Assembly: GCA_964016885.1 (NCBI GenBank)
Contig: OZ024750.1
Span: 29,078,001 to 29,142,000 of the forward strand
Direction of reading: 5' to 3'
Origin: Eledone cirrhosa
Lineage: Eukaryota
Length of the DNA: 64,000 nt
Position 1 is the first letter of the stretch; each line of letters begins with the position of its first letter. Positions 39,201 through 52,871 of this stretch are shown here, piece by piece. The notes beneath the pieces were generated by a model. The model made no database searches and was not told where the DNA came from. It saw only the letters and a program-made list of their open reading frames with translations. A program made the translations under genes and the position numbers.

Positions 39201-39937
39201 TGCATCTTTTTCTTCACACATCATGAAGGTGGCGACAGCATGTAGACGATTCGCTGGCTGGATCTTGAGGACTTTCCTTACAAGAGATCGAGACACCATG
39301 TTGACACTGTGGAGGACTTTTGTCCTAAGCCGCCTGGACTACTGCTCCCAGCTGTGGTCACCCCATAGTGTCAAACTAACCACAGAGCTTGAGGCAATCC
39401 AGCGAAGCTACACCAAGAGGATTGCCAAGATGAGGGAGACAAGCTACTGGGAGAGGCTGAAGGAACTGAACCTCTACTCCTTGGAGCGAAGACGGGAGAG
39501 ATACGCAGTGATCTACATGTGGAAAATCCTGGAGGGACTAGCACCAAACTTTGGCATTGGGAGCTGAACCAACCGTCGAACAGGACGTCACTGTGTGGTG
39601 CCAAAGGTCCCGTCTTCCACATCTAGAATAAGGAGCAGGTATTGCAATAGCCTGGGATTCAAGGGCCCTCAACTCTTCAACAGGCTGCCGAGGCATCTGC
39701 GAGACTTGCATGACGTGGAGGTGGATGTCTTTAAGAAACATCTCGACACCTTGTTATCCAGGATCCCGGATGAGCCCACAGCAAGACACGAGGGAAACCT
39801 AAGGGCAGCAGCAACAAACTCCCTCCTACACCAGTGGCCAACCTATACAGGCTGGAGATAAAATGTGTAGCAACAAGGGCGGTGCCCCAGCATGGCCTCA
39901 GCCGGATGGCTGAAACAGGTAAAAGAGTAAAAGAGTA
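36266..39937 (+). mobile_element. CR1-group LINE family B copy 2 (partial CCCH-finger ORF1 plus APE-RT ORF2 plus 3' UTR)
   Basis: Near-identical to 14606-17858 and about 430 bp longer at the 5' end. ORF1 reads [29 protein letters not shown] (one G lost at ~36540). 16-nt deletion at ~37512; in-frame TGA at 39565-39567. Confidence 0.95.
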
Positions 39938-42030
<2,093 letters not shown>

Positions 42031-42637
42031 AGTGGCTGCCAACTCGTTTTCGAGTACGGCCACTACTTTATATCCATGTAGGAGAACTCCTACCGATGCG
42101 CTGAACGAGTGTGACATTTCAGTCCAGCTAGCTACTTGAAAACTCTGGTACAAACACTACACCTGTGACAATTATTGACACATAGTGCTGGGCCCATGGT
42201 TCCATGTGACGACAAGTGCAGAGAGATCTCCAGATATAAAGCAATGCCTGTGCCGTGAAGCTTTTATAGTGAGCAAAGGCACTGCACAAAGCCAGTCCCA
42301 CTCTCTTAACCAAGATGATATTTACCAAAAAGAAGAACAAGTCAACATCATTGGATACCATCAGGGTTGCAGGTGTTATATCAGAGTTTTCCTTCTCCTA
42401 GAATTCTGCCTTGACAAAGGCTAAGGGGTCATCTCTCCCGGTGATTTTGGATGGCCATTGACTCTTAAGAGCTCCTTTGCCCTTTGACAGGTTTTGTTTT
42501 TAGTCCTGCAGGATGTCCAAAGTCACCCTCCTCACCAAGAAACCTTAGTGGGGTTGCCAGTTTAGTCGCCAACGACCCGACCATGAGACAGGTTGTACTG
42601 GGATACATGTTACCAGTAGCACCAACTGGTGACCTGA

Positions 42638-42640
<3 letters not shown>
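42031..42640 (-). mobile_element. ~610-bp non-autonomous RTE-like element, copy 2
   Basis: Same ends as 19188-19796, roughly a dozen or more small differences. Confidence 0.7.
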
Positions 42641-42695
<55 letters not shown>

Positions 42696-42696
42696 C

Positions 42697-42765
<69 letters not shown>

Positions 42766-42770
42766 CATAC

Positions 42771-42801
<31 letters not shown>

Positions 42802-42892
42802 CATATATATACATACATATATACATATATATATATACATATATATACATACATATATATATACATATATATATATACATATATATACATAC

Positions 42893-42923
<31 letters not shown>

Positions 42924-42962
42924 CATATATATACATACATATATATATACATATATATATAC

Positions 42963-42995
<33 letters not shown>

Positions 42996-43166
42996 CATAT
43001 ATATACATATATATATATATACATATATATACACATATATATACACATATATATACATACATATACATATACATACATATATATACATATATATATATAT
43101 ACATATATATACATATATATACATATATATATATATACATATATATACATATATATACACACACAC
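42641..43166. repeat. Degenerate (TA)n array
   Basis: TA/TACA. Confidence 0.97.
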
Positions 43167-46111
43167 TAACATAGTACTGATAAATAATGTCAGGGCTTAT
43201 ATTAAAATATATATAAATTTAAATCTATGTAAAAATGCTTGAATCCTCAATTCTCTTTGACCATTTCCCTTGTTACTCCAGCCTTTACCATATTTTACAT
43301 TCACTTAAACCAATTACAATAATATTATTACCTAATCTCATCATTGTCAAACATATGTTGGTCTATGTTTCTGTCTGTCCGTCTTTGGACTACTATTGGG
43401 ATTTGTGCTTTTTTATAGTTCTTGTCCAAAGATAGATACATTGGTAAATATGCATAGACAGACAGATGGATAGATATAAACAGATAGATAGATATAAACA
43501 GATATATAGAGGCAGACAGACGTATAGACAGACAAACTGGCGTATAGACAGAGACAGGCATATAGACAAACAGATGGATAGGTAGATAGAAATGGACAGA
43601 CATATAAACAGACAGACAGATAGATAAATAAATACACACACACAAGAGGGAGACAACGGCAAAAGAAAGGGGGATGGGGGCATGTTTAAAGGGGAGTAAA
43701 ACAAATACATTTAAAACGACTGACAATCGGGACGAAGTTTTATTGGAAATATTTTTGTTTTCGCTTTTCTTTTGACGTCATTCAAATCATAAATTTAGAT
43801 TTAAAATAAAATTAATTTGATAGTTAGTTATAACAAGCGAACTAAAATACCATAACAGAAGAAATAATGGCCATTAGGAAAAACAATACGTATTATTAAT
43901 TAAAGATTATACTCAAACTGAACCCGTCTAGACTTATATGATATTTTAATATCAAAACAAATTATGACGAGGAAAAAAATAAGTAATTATTTTTGGATCC
44001 TTAAAGATGAGAGATCCAAGACGAAAATAAATGTCAGAAATTATAAGCTGGTCCATAAAAGGTTTGTACATTCTGGGGTTAATGTAAGGGTTTTTTTTCA
44101 ACAAGCAGTAAAACCCATCAAATGGTGGGGTCAGAGAGAACTGATAAAAAATACGTCTGCTTTTTTTTTTTTTTTTTTTTTTAATCAAGGGTAATAGTAT
44201 ATAGACACTTTCTGATTAACATATGTATATGGATTTAATGAAACATGGAATTTTCAGTAGTTACTTAGATTTGTGTGGAATGGAAAATCGAAATAAAACA
44301 AATCTTACAAATCTAATTTTTCAAGAATGAATGACCCCCGTCGAAAACAAGCATAATAGAATTGTGTGTATATATGTGTGTGTGGAGTATATATCAGATG
44401 ACATTGGAATAAAATATTTCTTTTTACTTCAGATGCATCATAAATATTTATCATTTCGTAAAGACTTGGAAAAGGGTGGATGTTATATACAAGGAGATAT
44501 AACATTGTTTATATAAATCTATGGTAAATTACGGTGAAACATTTCTTACAGAATTTCACACTAAAAAACAAAATAAAAAAAAAAAAAAATGTTTCAGAGT
44601 GAAAATTTGTATCTGAATGTTCCTTAAATAAACACAGAAAATATTGTATAAATTCGAAAGAATTAACGAAATAAAACAGAAAAAAAAAAAAATGAATGTC
44701 AGATATTATCGTGAAAGAATTGCTGAAAAAGAATTCATGTGTTTGATTCCGTAAAGATTTGGATCGTTGATACAGGAATCGTTAGTTTAGATAGCATTTA
44801 AAAGCTACACTGAAGCAGGGTTATATAGAATATCATTAATTACAACTGACAAATGCATCCAGCTTAACCAGTTTTTATTTACTGAGTAACTACGGATAAG
44901 TTTAACTAAAAAGGCCATTTGTCAAACTAGCCCATCAGTGGTTTTCATCAAACACACCCATGTATAACATAAACACACACACATATGTGTGTGTCTGTGG
45001 TTGACAGCTGAGAGAAATGCGTATTCAATGCCGAAGTAGTGTTCTTGTTTGATGACCCTGTGATAAACAGGCGAAACTCCAGAGTAACAAGACTCGCTTT
45101 TTGGCCTTAACAAAAATGAATAATATATAGATTTTATATATAGGTGTGTGTGTTGTACACACACAAATGCATTAGTATAGTGTTGTGAGTGTGATGTTAT
45201 TTTGTGCATTGCATGTCAATACGAATATATAAATAGTTCACATGAAGATATGTTTGAATGCCTTTAAATACATTCCATCAATCTAACTAGCGGAAGAAAA
45301 AAAAGGGGGAGGGCATGCACACACCACAGAAAGGTGTGCTGGAGTTTCTCTCTAATTATCTTTTGAGGCAAGACGACAAACTGGCTATATATCTATGTAC
45401 AAAGTTCGATGCAAAATTAAAAACAGCTCGCCTCCCTCCACAAAAATAACACACACACATATATATATATATATAGTGTGTGTGTTTATGTGTATTGTAT
45501 ACCGAATAATATACGGGATGTTTTGATATATATATATATATAACACATTTGTACGTAATCTTAGTTCTCCCCAAAGGAATTGCCAGCAATGCTACTGTGC
45601 TCTGTCAACCACTGTATATTCGTTGGCAGAAACGAAACCACTGCAATAAAAGTTTTGTAAATGTTGTCATTTCGGGTATTAGTGCACCATGGCCAAAACG
45701 CAGCCATTTCTACCCCTATCTTCTCACTTGAACTCAACACTATTTCCTTCTTTCTCCTCTTCTCCTGTGTCCCAACCTAAATTGGGCAGATATATCGTTC
45801 AATTATTTACGAGAGGAGACCACGTAAAATCAATATTATGAAACAGATGTGACACTAACCAATTCTTGAGGTTAATACACGATTACATATATTTTTTAGA
45901 ACATTAATAAAATAAACTTTTGTTTTCTCAAACAAAATGCGACAAGAGGCCATATTTTCCAAATCGTATTAAATAAACAAACATACATTGTTTTAAAAAT
46001 ACATGTATTTTTTTTAAAAATACATTAGCAAACTGACATACTGAACGAATAAGGTTACGAAGGAGAAATGATAAATACAAGAATATTAATAAAAACATTT
46101 TTCGTTCCTAC

Positions 46112-46165
46112 CTGTGGACCGCCTTCCAAAGAGTCCTCCAAGTGTAATTTAGCAATTCCAGGCAT
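46112..46165 (-). CDS. APPL1: First coding exon of APPL1/DIP13-like endosomal adaptor (BAR-PH-PTB)
   Basis: ATG..CAG|GTAGG encodes MPGIAKLHLEDSLEGGPQ, matching human APPL1 N-terminus MPGIDKLPIEETLEDSPQ, with a phase-0 donor. AAA precedes the ATG. Only 18 codons; no further exon found. Confidence 0.8.
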
Positions 46166-46249
46166 TTTAACGAATTGTCAACTGGTTTGATTAAAACTGT
46201 GATGGTCCAGTGTTAGAAAGTGGTGGTTGATACACGATAACGACTCTGT

Positions 46250-46800
46250 CTCTCTATCTAGCACACTCTCTCTCACTATCTATCTAGTGCTCTCTTACTC
46301 TCTCTCTCTCTCTGTCTAGTGCTCTCTTACTCTTTCTCTCTCTGTTTCTATCTAGTGCTCTCTTACTCTCTCTGTCTAGTGCTCTCTTACTCTCTCTCTC
46401 TCTGTCTCTATCTAGTGCTCTCTTACTCTCTCTCTCTGTCTAGTGCTCTCTTACTCTCTCTCTCTGTCTAGTGCTCTCTTACTCTCTCTCTCTGTCTCTA
46501 TCTAGTGCTCTCTTACTCTCTCTCTGTCTCTGTCTAGTGCTCTCTTACTCTCTCTCTGTCTCTATCTAGTGCTCTCTTACTCTCTCTCTGTCTCTATCTA
46601 GTGTTCTCTTACTCTCTCTCTCTATCTAGTGCTCTCTTACTCTCTCTCTGTCTAGTGCTCTCTTACTCTCTCTCTGTCTCTATCTAGTGCTCTCCTACTC
46701 TCACTCTATCTGTATTTCTATTTAATGCTCTCTTACTTTCATTCTGTTTCTATCTCCGTCTCTTTCTATCTAGCACACTCTTTCTCTATCTAACATACTC
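46250..46800. repeat. CT-rich minisatellite, ~15 units of 25-35 bp
   Basis: Repeated TCTAGTGCTCTCTTAC(TC)nTG immediately upstream of the APPL ATG. Confidence 0.92.
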
Positions 46801-47089
46801 TTACTCCCACTTTCTCTCTGTCTTTCCTTGTCTCTACTAACACTCTCTTACTAGTACTCTCCGTTTATCTTCCCCTCTCTGCCTCTTTCTATCTATCTAG
46901 CTACCACTCCCCCCCCCTCTCTACAACAGGTACGTACAGTTCACAACCACAACAAAACGATAAACAATTACTATTCTCAAAATTACTACGGAACCATAAA
47001 AGTATTACTCTCTGTTAGGATTTTTTAATTTTTATTCTATTTTATCTTTCACAATTCACAGAAATAATTTGTATATATATATATAGAAT

Positions 47090-47307
47090 AGGAACGATCG
47101 ACTTTCGTCAAATTGGACCGAGGGAACAATGTTTCCGTTGGTCTTTCCAATTGCTAATACTATCTATCGGTCGCAACTCCAGGTAGAAGGAACAACGTGA
47201 AATAAAGTGTCTTGCTCAAGGACATAACGCATCGCCTGGTCCAGGAATCGAACTCACAACCTTACGATTGCGAATCCATTTCTTTAACCACTCAGCCACA
47301 CGCCTTC
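47090..47307 (-). mobile_element. tRNA-derived SINE (second subfamily)
   Basis: Minus: GAAGGCGTGTGGCTGAGTGGTTAAAG..GAGTTCGATTCC..TCCTTGAGCAAGACACTTTA. Confidence 0.8.
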
Positions 47308-47323
47308 TATATATATATATATA

Positions 47324-47656
47324 CAATATATTAATAAATGGAAACTATATTTATAAAACCATATTTATTTTATTATACATATTTCAAGAGCAAATGGCAA
47401 ATTATGGTACGCTTTCATCAGATAAAATATAGATTTGTTTTATAAATAAATATTGACATACCCGGAAAAAAGACAACCTTAACGGTTGGAGCTTCCCGGT
47501 TGTCTTTTTTCCGGGCATGTCAATAAATATGGTTTTATAAATATAGTTTCCATTTATTAATATATTGTGTATTTACTGCACTAACTTGTTGAGTGCTTTA
47601 TATCAGTTATAAAAATGTTTAAGTTTGTTGAATCCCAACAAATTAAATATAACCTC

Positions 47657-47660
<4 letters not shown>
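47324..47660 (-). mobile_element. Non-autonomous PLE-derived fold-back element
   Basis: 47324-47460 is homologous to the PLE end at 28863-29005. Outer IR 47324-47368/47524-47567; inner IR 47451-47478/47498-47525; TA runs on both sides. Confidence 0.75.
47366..47429 (-). ncRNA. Minimal type-I hammerhead ribozyme
   Basis: Stem I UAUUUUAU/AUAAAAUA; CUGAUGA; stem II AAG/CUU; GAAA; UAUGUA; triplet AUA. Confidence 0.75.
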
Positions 47661-47693
<33 letters not shown>

Positions 47694-48153
47694 AAGTGTG
47701 TGGTAAAATACTAGGTGGACAATAACCCACTAATTTATATATATATCAGGAAGGGTGTGGTAAAATACTAGGTGAACCATAACTCACTAGAGCAGGCATG
47801 TTAAACTAAGAGTCACATGGGTCGTATGTGTTGTCTGAGGGCCACATGCAACAACTAATTGCGCACATTACAACTAATATTTATTTTATTTTATATTACA
47901 AAGATAAAACATGCTCGTGCTGTAAAAACCTTTGTGCGGGTCGCAGGTGTGCTTGTAAAGCACACGGACCGCATATTTGACATGTAATGTTGAGGTAGTA
48001 GAGTGGGTAATATGAAAAGATTCATAAGCTCAGCCGTCGGGGTCCTGAATCTTTTCACATATGTTATAGTGCACCTGAGCACTGTACACAATAATTTCAT
48101 TATTATATATATATATATATATAAGTGGAAACACAGCAGTTAGTTCACCATAC

Positions 48154-48191
48154 CGAGAACAATTGTTTCACCTTAGCGGATCTTCAGCTCG
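48154..48191 (-). ncRNA. Minimal hammerhead-like motif inside a 20-bp IR (48123-48222)
   Basis: CGAG-CUGAAGA-UCCGCUAAGGU-GAAA-CAAUUG-UU-CUCG. U.U mismatch at the base of stem II. Confidence 0.6.
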
Positions 48192-48352
48192 TACTCTGAA
48201 AGTAACTGTTGTGTTTCTACTTCTACCTAACCCGTCCCATAGACTGAGTGCTCTACCAATGCGGATATTACCTTCCAGTGTTTTACCTCTTCTCTCTCGA
48301 TATATATATATATTATATGTGTCTCCATAATATATATATATATATATATATT

Positions 48353-48667
48353 ATGGAGGCACATGACTTAGTGGTTAGAGCATTGGCCTTGCAATCGAAA
48401 GGTTGTGAGTTCAATTCTCCGGGTGATGTGTTGTTTCCTTGAGCAAGACACTTTATTTCACATTGCTCCAGTTTACTCAGCTGTAGAAATGAGATGATAG
48501 GACTGGGGTCCCTATCATTCCACTGCAAAAAAGCACCCAGCACTCACTGTAACTGAGGTTGGTGTTAGGAAGGGCATCCAGCTGTAGAAATCAAGCCAGA
48601 ATCAGTTCCCGTCCCACCCTTGCAAGCAGGGAAAAGCGGACGTAAAATGAAATGAAAATGAAAAATG

Positions 48668-48668
<1 letters not shown>
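48353..48668 (+). mobile_element. tRNA-derived SINE, full length
   Basis: A/B boxes, CORE-like segment and (AAATG)n tail; same family as 2870-3230. Confidence 0.85.
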
Positions 48669-48700
<32 letters not shown>

Positions 48701-49039
48701 CTCATTATCATCATCACTGTTTTACGTCCATTCTTCCACGCTAACATGGGTTAGACGAGTTGTCCTGTTGTGAGCAATGCTAGGTCAGGTGACCTTGTCT
48801 TGCTCATACAGAACTGATTTCAGCTTGATGCCCTTCCTAACTCCAGCCTCATTTACAGTGTGGACTGAATGCTTTTTGTCATGACAGCTCCATGACCACT
48901 CTATAGTGTGAACTGAGCACTTTTTGTCGTGATATTAACACTACCATTTTACAGTATGGACTGGGTGCTAGGGTGAGGCTGTAAGGACACTGATAGAGTG
49001 TTAGGATGTGGGATGTGTATGATGGGGGAAAGTGGTGCA

Positions 49040-49300
49040 CACTAGATATATGCTTCGACCCATGCACATGGGAAGGCAGGTCTTCTGTATTACTGCATAA
49101 TGCCAAACATCTCAATCCTGTGTCATCACCTTTGTGCAAGTTTTCCTAGTTCTTCCTACTAGATAGCTTCCATCAACTTTGAGTGCCCTGCACCTTTTTA
49201 TACAGCTGTCATTTTTTGTACACATCACATGGCTATACCAATGCGATCTCCTCTCCTGCACACTGCATCTGATCCCTCCTATGCCCAATCGTTCTCTCAG
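49040..49300 (-). mobile_element. Degenerate RTE-type 3' fragment
   Basis: Minus-strand translation resembles R..WYSHVM...DSCIKRC..LKVDG...R.RKT. Confidence 0.5.
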
Positions 49301-49323
49301 TTCATGTATATTACTATTACACG

Positions 49324-49775
49324 ATCATTAAGTGGGCCCTATTTCCCGTCAATATCCTCTTAGCTCTGGGTCTGACTGGATTATCTAGAATTGATGGGAA
49401 GAGACCAGATGGGCTGACCTTTTCTCCTGGGTAAGAGGTAGATGTCTCATATGGGACACCACAGTCAAGGACTCTTTTGCTCCCTTCTATATCCTGGATA
49501 CTGTGGTAAATGTGAGGAGTCACTGCTTCTATAACTGAACGGAATAAAATTCTAAAGTACCGAGACTTATCAGTAAGCCATTTCTTCCAGCCTGGGCATT
49601 CAAGACATTTAGGGGAGCTGAACCGCTGACAATGAAGTTCTTGTCATTGTTAGTGGGTTTGCCTTACCTAGGTGTTAGGTGATGCCCATGAGGGTGCTTG
49701 GTTGTTTCAGCATCTTAGCCTCGCCATCACCTGTGGAAATGCTGCAAGTGTGTTGGCTTGTCTCAAAAAAACTTA
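49324..49775 (+). mobile_element. Degenerate CRE-clade non-LTR fragment (restriction-like endonuclease domain)
   Basis: IIKWAL..GLSRIDGKRPDGLT..GRCLIWDTTVKDSFAP..K..KY..L..WLFQHLSLAITCGNAASVL with frameshifts. Confidence 0.75.
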
Positions 49776-50419
49776 AATGTCCCTCATGGTATGTAACTGA
49801 TTGACACACTTAGTGTTGAATTTGTGTTTTTTCTTTTCTTTTTCTTGTTTTCATTGTATATTTTTTGTGTATTATATTTTTAAGGTTCGTAGCAATAATT
49901 AATTGATTATATGTATGTACTTCTATTTAATCTTATATATTTGTTACATGATTATAAATATATACAGTAATTGGCAGACTAGGTTAGATTATACTATTCT
50001 GATGAGGTTTAATAGATTGAAACATATCCATAGTTATCTCTTGCAGTTCTCCTCCTAAACATTTAATGAGAAAGCAATTATTATTTCTTTTCAATTATCT
50101 CACATGTATCATATTCTATATAGATATACACATCATATTCTATATATATATATATATATATTTATACACACACATTACAATCTATACAGTTATATATACA
50201 TACAAATGTCACTTTACCTTCAACACTATTTAAATTGGTGAGGAACCTCTTTTGGCCATGCTAATTAATTAAAAAGGAATGAGATAACCAATATATTTGA
50301 AAATTGAGTACAGCTGCAAAAGATGCCAAATAATGGTCTGGAAACACCCCTCTCAATTTACTGTCCTGGGGTTCCTTCACTCCAGATTTATTTAAGGTTT
50401 TCTCATTTAGCTCTTTTTC

Positions 50420-50940
50420 ATGCTAATCTGTAAACAACAGCAGGAATTAAGGGGTTGTTGTTTGGTGCCTCAAATTCCTGCTCACCTGTAAACAATAGCA
50501 GGGATTAAAGGGTTGCTGTTTGGTACCTTTGATTCCTGCTCACATGTAAACAATAGCAGGAATTACAGGGTTGCTGTTTAGTACCTTTGATTCCTGCTCA
50601 CCTGTAAACAAGAGCAGGGATTAAGGGGTTGTTGTTTGGTACCTCAAATTCCTGCTCACATGTAAACAACAACAGGGATTAAGGGGTTACAGTTTGGTAC
50701 CTCAAATTCCTGCTCACCTGTAAACAACAGCAGGGATTAAGGGGTTGAAATTTGGTACCTCAAATTCCTGCTCCCCTGCAATCAACAGCAGGGATTAAGG
50801 GTTGCTGTTTGGTGCCTCAAATTCCTGCTCACCTGTAAACAACAGCATGGATTAAGGGGTTGCTGTTTGGTGCCTCAAATTCCGGCTCACCTGTAAACAA
50901 GAGCAGTGATTAAGGAGAGGGGTGGGTTGTTTGGTGCCTC
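50420..50940. repeat. 58-bp tandem minisatellite, 9 units
   Basis: Consensus TGCTCACCTGTAAACAACAGCAGGGATTAAGGGGTTGCTGTTTGGTACCTCAAATTCC, units at 58-bp spacing. Confidence 0.95.
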
Positions 50941-51902
50941 CGATTTGCCAATGAGGCCCGTCTTTGATGTAATTAATAGGAAAGAATATACCCTACCACC
51001 ACCACCACCACCACCACCACTATCCGTCCTGCTTCTTTCTGATATGCCAGTTAGGGTTGGTCAGTCTATATAGCTAACATCCATATCTAGGGGCTATACT
51101 TCTCTACACTACATACAGATGCACTCAGGTGGAGTTGGTCGTCATCGTGTGCCTGTGTATTTATTTGAAAGGTAAAGATAATGTAAACTGGAAATGTAAG
51201 TTGTGCCCCCTACATTTCTTGACTAGAATTGATCTTTCAGTTGTATAGCTAAACGTCAACAGAAGGGCACTCAGAAGTCATGACCTCGATGCGACCTGGT
51301 CTCTTCAGAGTGTAAGAAGTTAAGGGTCGAAACACTTGCTTGAGGTGGGGTTTCTTCTCTGAAAACCTGCCATCCAGCTCTCCACGGAGTTTCTCACCAC
51401 TTGACTAGAATTCATCTTTAAGCTTAAAATTCTCTTTCCAATTAATCTTCTCGATTAATAAAAAATTTCGTGGTCCACTAAAATGAGTATGTTATGACAT
51501 ATTTAATGAGTGGGCAAAAAAAGTTAACCAAAAATAGATGTTAGGATGAAAAAGTCCCTTTTTGTGTGTGCATAAAACTGAAAATTAAGAAAAGAAACCA
51601 AATGATTAATATAGATAGATAGAGTGATGAAGAATTTTTTTTAAATAGTTGAAGTCATTTATCTCGTATTCATGAAATAAACAATATTTTTCGAAACGGA
51701 CAGTCATCCATAGATTTCTGTGATACGCAAGAACGATATTGATACTATTTCGTAAATAACAAATAAAATTCTATACATTTATTACTTAATTTTCTATGTA
51801 AAATTAGTGCGAAATTTGACTGAAATTTTTGTAAATTCCGATTTTGAAAATAAAAGAAATATGCCATTTTATTAAACTCAGTTGATTCACTCCTACATTT
51901 TG

Positions 51903-51923
51903 TGCGCATCTGCAGTTTCCGGT
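51903..51923 (+). promoter_or_regulatory. Candidate PSMD6 core promoter motifs (NRF1-like and ETS-like)
   Basis: TGCGCATCTGCA (vs TGCGCATGCGCA) followed by TTTCCGGT, 33-53 bp upstream of the ATG. Confidence 0.4.
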
Positions 51924-51955
51924 GAATTTACTTTTTACGCAGAAAAAACGCCAAC

Positions 51956-52100
51956 ATGCCGCAAGAAAATTTAGAAGAAGAAGGATTACCTAAAAATCCA
52001 GATCTTCAACTTGCTCAATCGGTATTTTTATTGACTACCAATGAATATAAACACGATGCGTCGATCAACAAAAAGATTATGGATAAAGTTATAGAAGACA
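51956..52100 (+). CDS. PSMD6: 26S proteasome non-ATPase regulatory subunit 6 (RPN7), exon 1
   Basis: MPQENLEEEGLPKNPDLQLAQ..IED, matching human MPLENLEEEGLPKNPDL. Donor GTAAGT, phase 1. Confidence 0.97.
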
Positions 52101-52871
52101 GTAAGTGTTTTTCAGATGAATGATCCGCCTTGTCCGTTGACTCAGCTATTTACATACATGTACTTCCTCAATGCTTTGTTTAAATATGTATATATAGTAT
52201 AATATATAGTGTATAATATAGCTATCTATATATATATATATATATATATAGTGTATAATATATGTCTATATAATATATATAATGATACATCGAATCAAAT
52301 TATGAAAAGTTTAGAGGCACCAATAGCACGAGTTAAAAGCATACACCAGTCATTTGTAAACTGCTTCATTATAGTTATTTATGTACATTTTCTTTTACCA
52401 GATTGAGTCTTATGTATAATTTTATTATTTATTGATCTCTTATTTTGCGAAGGATATTCTTTAAAAAAAGAAATACACCTGATTTCTATGTTTGCTCTTG
52501 CAAGACTAAATTATTTCTTTGTCGACGATAATAGTTGTACTGGAGCCTTGATCATTCTTGATCATTAAAACGCCCGGTATTCCTCGTTTATGTCGTCTTT
52601 GTATATATATAAGACTGCATAAACGAGGAATATATTGTATATATATATATATGTGTGTGTGTATGTATAAACTTAACAAACGAAGGACAAGACACTGAAC
52701 GGAAACAAAACAAAACGAAAAAAACAATTTTTTAAAGGGAAACCTTAGAAAATTATTTTAAAAAAATAAATATACAAACGAAGGACAACTCCATGGTCAT
52801 CGGCCGTTGAGATGGACTTTGGCAATATATATAAAATAAAACCAAAAAGTTTGCAAGGATTTAAAATTTTT

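Noticed and set aside
39700-39937. SECIS element explaining the in-frame UGA
   Set aside because: AUGA motifs are present, but I could not find the AA loop and GA quartet at canonical spacing. A SECISearch run would settle it.
50420-50940. CRISPR-like regular spacing
   Set aside because: Whole units repeat with no unique spacers, there are no cas genes, and the context is eukaryotic.
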